From Azolla caroliniana (Eukaryota; Plantae; Polypodiophyta): 32,244 nt of DNA. Below the pieces are notes generated by a model that saw only the letters and a program-made list of their open reading frames with translations, ran no database searches and was not told the origin of the DNA. The DNA is taken from NCBI GenBank assembly GCA_043228905.1, contig JBHGNT010000352.1:1-32244 (forward strand), read 5' to 3'. This document shows, one piece after another, positions 1 to 9,445 of the stretch (its first letter is position 1; every line of letters begins with the position of its first letter). Made by a program: the position numbers and the translations under genes.

Positions 1-5
1 AGGCA

Positions 6-1394
6 TTGAGAGATAACGAAAGAGAGCAGCGGAAGTTGGTAGAAGACGACAGACGGCGAATGGAGGAAGGCCTTCGCCGAAGCAAAGCCACCAATGACCG
101 ACTACAAGAAGAAAACGGGACACTGCAAAAGGAAAAAGATAGGCTGCGCCGACGAATGGAGCAGGAAATTGAGCGGTTGCGAGAGGAACTCCGACAACAA
201 AAGGACCGGGATGATCAGTTGCGAGCTCAGGCGAACCGACGCCTAAAACAGAAGACGGAGGAATTCGACAGACTATGTAAGGATTATAAACAGGCCACGT
301 CGGACATCAAGAATCAGGCAGCAACGTACGACCGACAGATAGAGAAGCTGAAAGAGCAGCTCAAGGAAAACCGCTTGGAATTGTCCAAAGCAAGGGAGGA
401 AGTATCGGCGGAGAAGACCTTGACGTCGGAACAAAGAAAGGAGATGGAAGTACTTCGGCAGAAAGTAGGGGAGCTGACAAAGAGCAGGAATGAGGAGAAA
501 GTGAAGTTGACTTTCGAAATCAACAAATGGCGGAGTACCTGTGACAAGCAAAAAGTCGACTCTGAAGCTCAAGCTCAGTTAATGGCCGACATCATCAAAC
601 GGATAAGGAAGGAAAAACAAGCAGCTTCGGAACAGGCTAAAGCAGGGGTTGACCGAATTAAGTTCATCATGTCAAGCTGGAGTACCCGAGCTCAGGCCAG
701 CATAAATGAAAGCACGGAGAAACTCTGGAAGGAATGGGCACAACAGGCAGCTGAACTGCAGATACTCCGAGCTGATGCAGAAAATCGGAAGAAAAACGGA
801 GATGGGTTCTATAAAATGGACGAAGAAAGTATCGTCAACATCCGGGAAGAACTGTCGGAGGATTTCTATGCTCTAGCAGAAGAGCATCTCAAGGAAATCC
901 GAGGGTTAGTAGAGAGGTTGGATGATGGGCAGCTCGAAACCCAACTAGAATTGGAAGGGTACGAGAAGGACCGACTGCGACAGGAAGCCGAGGGACACAC
1001 AACGCCGATCTCCATTAGTGAGGGCGAGCGACCGGCTGAAGAGGACCCAACCAACAATGCACCCCGACAAGAATTACCCGAGGAAGAACTTCCGGAGCAA
1101 GAGCAGGTTGATGCCGGGGATGATGCAGAGTGGAGACAGAGAAGTACCGAATCCGGGGAGGAAAGGACACAACCAGTGGAAACCGGAGAGAGCGATACCG
1201 GGAACGGAACGGAGGTAGAGCAGGACAGACTCGGACAGGATACAGAAGAAACACCGGTACTACCGGTAGAAGCAGAGTCGGAGCAGCAAGATGCGAAAAG
1301 GCAGCCAATCCAATCGGACGTCGGAGACGGCACAGGCAAAACAACACTTGAAACCTCGGAGCGGAGTTTGCCTGATAATTTGGAGGAAGACTGA
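6..1394 (+). CDS. 3' part of an uninterrupted ORF (open at the window start): long charged coiled-coil region plus acidic disordered tail; probably an extra ORF of an LTR retroelement
   Basis: 462 codons without a stop or intron. Residues ~1-330 are E/K/R/Q/L-rich and heptad-like; the tail is E/D/T/P/G-rich. The ORF ends 50 bp before an LTR-like unit (1445-1739). No recognisable catalytic domain or transmembrane segment. Confidence 0.55.
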   Translation: MRDNEREQRKLVEDDRRRMEEGLRRSKATNDRLQEENGTLQKEKDRLRRRMEQEIERLREELRQQKDRDDQLRAQANRRLKQKTEEFDRLCKDYKQATSDIKNQAATYDRQIEKLKEQLKENRLELSKAREEVSAEKTLTSEQRKEMEVLRQKVGELTKSRNEEKVKLTFEINKWRSTCDKQKVDSEAQAQLMADIIKRIRKEKQAASEQAKAGVDRIKFIMSSWSTRAQASINESTEKLWKEWAQQAAELQILRADAENRKKNGDGFYKMDEESIVNIREELSEDFYALAEEHLKEIRGLVERLDDGQLETQLELEGYEKDRLRQEAEGHTTPISISEGERPAEEDPTNNAPRQELPEEELPEQEQVDAGDDAEWRQRSTESGEERTQPVETGESDTGNGTEVEQDRLGQDTEETPVLPVEAESEQQDAKRQPIQSDVGDGTGKTTLETSERSLPDNLEED

Positions 1395-1444
1395 AGCCGG
1401 CTGTGGGTTCGAAGTGCAATGCACTTTCCCACGGGCGTGCCATG

Positions 1445-1739
1445 TGTTGGCCGGTCAGAGAAGGCAAATGGGAAAGCAAGGTCGGATTGGATAAATATAG
1501 AAATAGGAATAGAATTATTAGGAGGAACGGATCCGGTAGTTGTAACCGATCCGGATCCGAACCGATTCGGTTTCGGTTAACGGTTGCCTACCGAGCACCG
1601 ATTGTAATCTGGCCGGATGCCTATAAAAGGATCCGATGTTTTGTAATGAAGGGCGAAGAATTAATATAGTTTTGCTTATGCTGATTAAATCTTGTCTTCG
1701 TCTGTGCTTAAGTGTAATTATCATACGCGTGTATTAACA
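1445..1739 (+). mobile_element. LTR-like unit 1 (probable 3' LTR of the element carrying the coiled-coil ORF)
   Basis: TGTTG...TAACA termini, TATAAAA at 1622-1628, T-rich R/U5-like tail, CCG/CGG palindromic cluster at 1528-1600. No second copy in the window. Confidence 0.5.
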
Positions 1740-1784
1740 TCCTATCCCTACCACCCCTTTGGAGAAGTGTCGGATAGACACCTG

Positions 1785-2494
1785 TGTTGCGGCTAGTCCA
1801 GCCATACATACAACAACCCCAGCCTCACTCACCAAAGCGCACGACTACGACCGACAACACGGAGTAGGTTACGGACGAAACAGAACCCCGACCTACTGCG
1901 AGCCCACCAACGGCGGAACCGACCACCATAGCACACGATGAGCCCACAAAGCCTAGACTGCCCACACAAGAAGCCAGCGACGCCATAGGCAGCCCTCCCG
2001 AGTAGGTAGTGGAACCACCTACCGACACGCCTATGGACACTACGCCGTCCCCGGACCCGGACACTGGAGCAGAACCAATCATCCGGGCCATTTTGGAGGA
2101 ATAGTAACCGACGGATAAGAGCACATGAATATAATATAGTAAAATTGTAACGCATGTTAACGGTTCACGCGGGAAGCGTGAACGACTAAAAAGACCTTGT
2201 GTATATAAAGGGCAGAAATCCTCTGATAGAGGTAGCGTGTAATTTTGAATGTAAGAAGCGTATCTTAATAGAGTTCTATCTTCTCTGATATTTGTGCGTA
2301 TCTGTGGTTAATCTACTGTGTGTTTGTGATCCTTGGTGGCGTAGTGTAGTCGTAAGAGCGTAGGCATGAGTAATAGTGTGGTTGCTATTCTGCTGTCTAA
2401 GGATTTCGGTTGTAGCCATCTCCCTTATACGCTACTAGGTTACGGGAGGTATCCCACTAAGTATTACGCTACGACCATATCATTCGTTGCAACA
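1785..2494 (+). mobile_element. LTR-like unit 2
   Basis: TGTTGC...GCAACA terminal inverted repeat, TATATAAA at 2202-2209, GT-rich U5-like region. No matching TSD and no PBS. Confidence 0.45.
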
Positions 2495-2997
2495 CAGTTG
2501 CTTTGAGGTCTACGTCGAAGGACTGACCGTAGACCGTGTTCCTAATCGGTAACAACAATACTCGGCCACGATACACGCACGAGCCTTGTTATCATTTGGC
2601 ATCTCTTTCAACCTTAGACAACGAGCTTAGGTTAGGAGTATCAGTTTTTTCTATATGTGTTACATAAAGATTGACATATTACAACGAGACCAAATCCACA
2701 TACATGTAGAAGGAGCATCTTGGTCGAATGTTGCCATGGACTGTATCGGCTCAATCTAAGGCGGATGAACCACTCGTGCTTGATCCATGCTCACCCCACC
2801 CTTAGACATGTCAGCTGCACAACTTCTCCAATGTCTTCTAACAAAAACCTTTAAACAAATCATCAGTCAACATGCATGCATCACACATCATTACCACTAT
2901 TAGGCGAGATTGGTTCGTGACAAACTTCTCTTGAGTTGGATATATCTCACCGTTATTGGAATCCCACCAGTCTTTGTACTTCGACCTGGCAGCCATC
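2495..2997 (-). pseudogene. Decayed intron-containing coding remnant of unknown product (possibly a DNA-transposon gene)
   Basis: Three exon-like blocks on the minus strand (MAARSKYKDWWDSNNGEIYPTQEKF.., ..RHWRSCAADMSKGGVSMDQARVVHPP*IEP.., LKEMPNDNKARACIVAEYCCYR..) separated by short GT..AG AT-rich segments; in-frame stops present. Confidence 0.3.
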
Positions 2998-3803
2998 TAC
3001 CACCATACAAGGAAAAGAAAACATAAATAATCAAACATTTTCTGAATTTAATGCTCAAACACACACAATATTAACCTTAATCAAGCAAAACATTGAACTG
3101 TAAACCATTAATAATCAATAAGTTTTTGCAAGTCTATTCAATGATGAATGAGCTAAACTTGGGCCACATTCTAATATCAAGCATTAAAATCATAATATCA
3201 ACCATAAACCACTAATAATCAATATCACGCTAATATCATAATATCATTAATAATCAAATCAAGCTAATTAAATTCAATATCAAGTTAATATCAACAACAC
3301 TCCAACCATAAACCATTAACATTCTAAGATCACATATCAATAGACATGTTGTAAACAGCTTTTGAGAATAAACTTATTCATTGTATCAAACAAACCCTAA
3401 ACAATTTCTACAATCATACTATCATGCTAAACCCTAAACCTTCTCCCTATCATTCTAATATCGAGCCATAATATCACATTAAAATCATAATATCAACCAA
3501 AACCTTCTCCCAAACCCTAATATTTCGACATGAAAAAGCCAACCACATAAAAAAGAAATTCAAAAAATGTAGAGACAAACACAAATACATACATGGGAAA
3601 TAGTAGGGCACCGATTGCATAAGTGATTGTTAGGAATGTCGATTGCAAGCCGCTTGAAGAAAAATCTTTTTCCTGTCAATAGAGCCTCTCCAACCAATAC
3701 CACCACCCACCCCACATGCAGGTGGTGGTTCTATATGTGAGATCGCCTCGTTGTCACATAGTTACGCGTGTGTGTGTGCTACTCGAGTGGGATCACGAGG
3801 GTC

Positions 3804-3953
3804 TTGGACTAGGGAAGCTTCTCAAAGTCGAGGGCTCCTCAAAGTTGAAGTTTCCTAGACTCGAAAGATTCGTTAGAGTTGAAAGTTCCTTGTAGTCGAG
3901 AGCTCGTCAGAGTCGAATGCTCCTCAGAGAAGGCTTCTTTAGACTCGAAGGCT
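3804..3953. repeat. Degenerate 17-bp tandem array (~8-9 units)
   Basis: Units from 3821: ctcaaagtcgagggctc / ctcaaagttgaagtttc / ctagactcgaaagattc / gttagagttgaaagttc / cttgtagtcgagagctc / gtcagagtcgaatgctc. Confidence 0.75.
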
Positions 3954-5470
3954 TGTCATGAAAATGTAAGTTATGAGTAGATGTAATTCCTCACTCAGTG
4001 GTCAAAATCGAGATCTAAAAACTCAGTCATGAACCTTGTGATGAAGGCATTATGGTAAACACTTAAACAAGGTTTTGAACAAAAACAATGATGCAATGAA
4101 GAACGCTACAAAACCTATGTGCGGCAATTTCATTCCAATAATCAAAAGGGATTTCTTCCAATCAATATGAAACACAATGGAATCGATTCAATGAACGTGA
4201 TTGGTTTACCTATCTGGAGGAACACCAAAGAAATTCCGTCACACCAAGATTGATTAAACCTCCATTGAGTATCTCTACAGATACTTGCCGTAGATTTTGT
4301 GTGCAATAATAAGTTCAAGAGAGTGGAAGTACAACGAGAAAAATTCTCAGCTTCGTTACATGGAGTGAACAAGCAATAGAAGAAAGATAGGAATAAACAA
4401 AGAAGATAAGTTCACGGGTAGAGCTTCAGGGGGTATCCTCAAGCTTTGGTACAACGTCTCAACAAACGACAATCATGTCACCTTTTGTCATCGTTAATCT
4501 CACACCCCTCTTGATTTGCAACCCTAACTTTCTTGCTTCAATTTTTCCGCAACGTTTTAGTGCCTGATGGTAGCATAAAGCTTTGACCTCCCACTTGTGG
4601 TACAAGCTCTTTGAAATTGTGGTAAGAATGTAGCTAGTTCTTTGTCCTTCATACCAAACCCTCGATCTATCATTCAATCTTTCTGATATTCCTACTTTAA
4701 CTTATTTTCTCTTATGCATTTCCCACATCACGACATTCACCCCCCACCAAACCAACATACCCTCTTGTATGTGCCAATGTGGTATCGTGGGTTAGCAATC
4801 ATTCTTCACCTCCTTCACTGATGTTAAACAATTGCAATGCATCATGCCTCAGTCGTGAAGAAGAACGCATCAACAAGGATACCGAGCAATTAAAAGGACA
4901 CATGAAAGAGAGGTAGTGAGAACCAATAGTGGGAAAGGGGAGCCAATGGGGAGCCAAGTGTGAAATGGCCACACTCATTATGTAAAACCTATATAAACCG
5001 CACTATGGTGTCTTTGTAAAGGTTCCTCCATTTGTACGACCTCCTAGTAAGTTATTAGAGCCCTAAAGCTTCCTCTCCTCTTTCTCATAATCATAAGCTT
5101 AAGAGAGATTAGTGATAGTGTTTAGTAGATAAACAATAAGCACGTTGGTGCTAGACCTCTTAGTAAGAGGGTTTAATCAGCATATTCTTTGTTTTTATTG
5201 GTTTAAGAAAGTGAGTGTGAGAGATATATAAGCGTTAATCGTGTGTAATCATTATGTGAGTGTGAGGCTCGAGGGTATTTGACAACTACCCTTGCTCAGT
5301 TTGCTACCAAGACGAGATATGTTGGTTTGGACTCCGCAAATGACATCGATGGAAGGTGCAACTTCATCGATCTATAGAAGCGTTTTCCGTGAGGTGCACG
5401 GATCTTATACATCTGCATCTGACACTAACTTGCCTATATTAGGCCTATTTACTTAAATAGGCGCGTGACA
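3954..5470 (+). mobile_element. Long LTR-like segment (possibly composite)
   Basis: Starts TGTCATG and ends CGTGACA (imperfect IR); TATATAAA at ~4990 preceded by CCAAT motifs. Flanks (aggct / ttcca) do not form a TSD. Confidence 0.4.
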
Positions 5471-5693
5471 TTCCAGATCGTCTTACTCAACCGTTTCATC
5501 ATCCGGTCTAGATCCGTCATCTGGTCCAACATCTGACTTTTCCAGCATTTCCAAAACCCAGTCTGAAACTTAGGCCTATCCAGTCATATCGTATCTGGCT
5601 TGGCTTGCGTCTTGTTTAGTCAACCGGCCCATGTTGAGTCCCTGTTGAGTTGCCCGTTCAACAAACTTAACTCCCAAATTTGTGAACCCAACA
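5471..5693 (-). mobile_element. Fragment of a copia-type LTR (5'/U3 end)
   Basis: Minus strand begins TGTTGGG like the LTR of copia C, and contains tcatccgg motifs similar to the array in that LTR. Confidence 0.3.
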
Positions 5694-6343
5694 ATGAGAT
5701 CTCATGATCATTTTATAGCTTCTTGGGGGCACCATGTTAGATAAAAATCGTAGTGCTACTTTTAACATGCACCTAAGCTTATGTTGGCATGGACGCATGA
5801 TGCTAGCTAAATCCTTGTTGGCATGGTGTTATTTACCACTTCATTTTCATTAGTTATGAGTTGTAGCTTACCTTTCTCCTCTATCACCTCGTGTAAGGTT
5901 TGGACCCTTGACCTCATTGTTCAGGTGTTTGGCTTTAGCATCTTAATTTTCACTTTCGTACTTTTTTTTCCAATGTTCACTTCAATGAGATTCATGACCT
6001 ATTGTAACTTGCCATTTAGGTGTGTTACTCCCTTCGCGTCTGCCACAATATGACACCATGCACAAACCTAGAGGTGGTTCTCAAGAAGAATAGTGAGTCA
6101 AAAGTAACTTTTAGTAAGAACATTGAGAGTCACTACAAGCCTATCTAATAGGGGCTGACACAATCCATGAGATATATTTTCTTGCAACTCTTCACATTAT
6201 AAGAAACTATAGGATACCAAATGTGTTGATGCTCTGATTGACTATATAAAGCACTCTTCTCCTGCTTTGTAATATGTTGGTTAATCTCCTTTGTAATATA
6301 CAATCTTCTTGAGTATTTTCTATTATCGATCTTGTGTCTCTCT

Positions 6344-6443
<100 letters not shown>

Positions 6444-6496
6444 ACACACATCTCTAAGCTATTCCGTTGCACAAGAATCACCATCGATTCTTTACA

Positions 6497-6508
6497 TGGT
6501 ATCAGAGC
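6497..6508 (+). promoter_or_regulatory. Primer binding site (tRNA-iMet) of copia A
   Basis: TGGTATCAGAGC immediately after the LTR-terminal CA. Confidence 0.95.
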
Positions 6509-6664
6509 GAGGTTGGTAGCTTGATCTAGCCCACTCGCCTCATCATAACCATGTGTTGTGTCTACGCCGACCATTCAAAGAAATCCGGTTCATCGCTATC
6601 GTAGTTCGGCTACATAGCTCGTATTCAAGAGAGAAGAAGAAGGAAGAAATCTACATCGAACACC

Positions 6665-8170
6665 ATGAATACTCAAATGGGGAGCGCTCTCCCTAGCGAG
6701 AAGTTGGACCGAAACAACTTTGCATCTTGGGAATACAAGATGCACCGATACCTTGTCGGTCAAGGTTATTGGAGCTATATCAAAGGACCACAAGAAAATC
6801 GACTCGACCCAGAGGACGCCGACTACTCAACATGGGAGCAAGTGGCGAGTCGAATAATGTATTGCTTGGCGACATGTGTTTATGACCACAAGCTCGGCTG
6901 CATTCGAGAAGCCACAACGCCAAAACAAGCATGGCAGAATCTAAGGAAGATATTCGTTGCCAATATGAAGACATGAAAGCTTCAACTCCGCCAAGAGTTG
7001 AACAACATACAACAATGGGACATGTCCATCACAAGCTACACCTTGGAGATCAAGGAGCTTTGTGACTTGCTCGGCTCGATAAGCGTCAATGTGGATGATG
7101 ATGAGATGGTGCAAATATGCCTCAGCGGCCTTGCACCACAGTTCAGCATGATGAGGAACATCGTACTAGCAAGGGAGAACCCTCCCTCTTTCTTCGATCT
7201 TCAATCCATGTTGTTGGTTGAAGAAAACCATGTTCGAACGAAGAGCAACGCCTCAGAAGGCCACATTCTCTACAGACATTCGAATGGAGGAAGAGGACGT
7301 GGCTGAGCAAGAGGTTGATTCGGCCAAGGATGAGACAGATGAGGTCCGACTTACGACAACAACTCCCAATTTCGGCAACAAGACGAAAGCCATCGAGGAA
7401 CCTTCGGAAGAAGGGGGAACTTCCATTCCAGTCTGAGCCGACAAACCTTGATCGAATGCGGATATTGAGGAAAAATCGGCCACCATGAAGAAGTGTGCTG
7501 AAAGAAGAAGCGTGAGTCACCTGCCACAAGCTGACAACTCACAAATTATGCCACCAACTCCGACTATGAAGACCATGGCGGAATGTTCGTGATTAGACAT
7601 AAAGCAAATTCTATGTCAGCCTTTACTTCGACTAGTGCCTCCAATCCGGAAGATGTATGGTTCGTTGACTTCGGTGCCTCGAACCATATGACATCCCATC
7701 AAGAATGGTTCCGAGACTTACGAGAGTTGGACCGATCCGGTTTTGTTGAGACTGGAGAGGACACCACTCATCCGATTCGGCATGTCCGCATTGTCCCATT
7801 CGGGAAAGACAACGAACAAACTTACATAAAAATGTCTTACATGCACCCACCATAACGAAGAATTTGGTCTTAGTCGGCCAAATTGTGGAGCAAGGGATCC
7901 AAGTTCGATTCAACCAAGGTGGTTGCCTCATCGAGAAGGAAGGCCGACTAATTGCTCGTGGTGGAAGGGAAGGCCGAATGTTTATCCTCGAAGCAAACGA
8001 GGTAAAATCAGCCATGTTTGCAAAGGGCCTCAAACCCGACACCGACATAGAGCTATGGCATAAAAGAATTGGTCATATGAATCTCAACAAACTCAAGGCG
8101 ATGCAATCGAAAGGAGTCGTCATTGGGCTCCCAACTTTCAAAGAGAAAGAGATTGAAGGAGTATGTGAAG
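6665..8170 (+). pseudogene. gag-pol: Copia A gag, protease and pre-integrase (stops and frameshifts)
   Basis: MGSALPSEKLDRNNFASWEYKM (copia gag N-terminus); decayed CCHC knuckle at ~7455-7500; VWFVDFGASNHMT protease motif; ELWHKRIGHMN pre-integrase motif. Confidence 0.9.
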
Positions 8171-8582
8171 TGCCAAGTGACAATCTCAACATTGGGTGCG
8201 TAATACGGTGTGTAACCCAGTGCGTAGACTGGGTGCATAAAACAGTACGCATAACATGGCCGTATCGGTGCGTAAACCGAAAGGCCGTTTGTATGGTATT
8301 CCTTGTAAGGAATAATTTTGGGAGTTAGTGTAGTAGGCTCATTCATGAGTACTCAAGTACTGTCAGTACTTGTGTCAGTCCAATAGTCAGGGTTGTATAA
8401 AAGGTGCTCACTGAACACGAAGAATGTATAGAGCGTCATTATTTTGAAATAGAACTGAGTTGTCTGCTCTCTCTCTGTCTCTCCCTCTCCATTTTTGTGT
8501 TTCTTGTGTTTTACGAAACTGTCATTCTCCGAACTGTGTACTCTATGTTTCGCATATGCTTTCGCACACGTATTCTTTTACA
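8171..8582 (+). repeat. 5' LTR of copia B
   Basis: TG..CA ends, TATAAAA at 8396-8402, direct repeat of 14097-14509. Confidence 0.97.
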
Positions 8583-9222
8583 TGGTATCAGAGCGAGAGG
8601 GTTGAAGTCCTCTGCAGCCGACAAGAAATGCTTGCGACAAAACAGAGTTGAAGTTGTCCTTCGTTTTTTTTTTCCGAAAAAGAAAAAGATAGCAATATGG
8701 ACAGAGGTATGGGAAGCTCGCTACCGACTGAAAAGCTCGACAGGAGCAACTACACATCTTGGTCGTACAAGATGCACCAATACTTGCTCGGTCACGGCTA
8801 CTAGAGTTATGTCGAAGGAGCTAATGATACAGCACCTTATTCGACACACAGAGATTTTTCGGCTTGTGAACAAGCGGCAAGCAGAGTTCTCTACTGCTTT
8901 GCATCCTGTGTGAGCGACCAGCTATTGAGCTATATTCGGGATGCTAAGACGCCAAAGGACGCGTGGGCGAATCTCAAAAAGATTTTCACCGCAAGCACAA
9001 CGGCCAGGAAGTTGCAGCTCAGGCAAGAGCTCAGCAATGTCCGGTGTCGTGAAGTACGAAAGCTTCACATTAAAAGTCTACAAAAAGATAAATATGTAAA
9101 TAAAATATAACTTGATAATGTTTTATAAAGGTAATATTAACAACACACACTATGATAATATTATATATTATATGTAGAGGCAGATAAAAATACATATATG
9201 TTATATTACATGGACGAGAGAG

Positions 9223-9276
9223 GACTTGAGACAATAAACCCCACCTTATGACACTAAAACCTTACCATTTAGCCTA
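9223..9276 (-). promoter_or_regulatory. tRNA-like Pol III type-2 promoter cassette, copy 1 in LTR E (degenerate B box)
   Basis: Minus strand: TAGGCTAAATGG, 32 nt, GTCTCAAGTC. Confidence 0.5.
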
Positions 9277-9391
9277 TACTAATAATTTACAAGAGATCAT
9301 ATGTGTTGTTTTATTTGAAGTAGTATTTTATAGTCTAAACCATGTAATATACTACATGCACACCATATAGCATATCACATGGGCAAAGGAG

Positions 9392-9445
9392 GACTTGAAC
9401 CAACAACCCCAACCTTATGGCATACAAATCTTACCATTTAACCTA
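9392..9445 (-). promoter_or_regulatory. tRNA-like Pol III type-2 promoter cassette, copy 2 in LTR E
   Basis: Minus strand: TAGGTTAAATGG, 32 nt, GGTTCAAGTC(C). Confidence 0.65.

Noticed and set aside
6-1394. Host SMC/myosin/tropomyosin gene or retroviral env
   Set aside because: Only compositional coiled-coil similarity; no ATPase motifs, introns or TM segment in the visible part.
866-1479. Antisense ORFs opposite the long ORF (and opposite pol regions elsewhere)
   Set aside because: Shadow frames of real coding sequence with no independent features.
1740-1760. Minus-strand PPT implying LTR unit 1 is reversed
   Set aside because: The TATA box and T-rich U5-like tail both indicate plus orientation; not fully excluded.
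3390-3520. Interstitial telomere repeat
   Set aside because: Only three isolated AAACCCTAA motifs, not a tandem array.
5823-6053. Short ORF or LINE RT remnant on the opposite strand
   Set aside because: No convincing motif; resemblance too weak to call.
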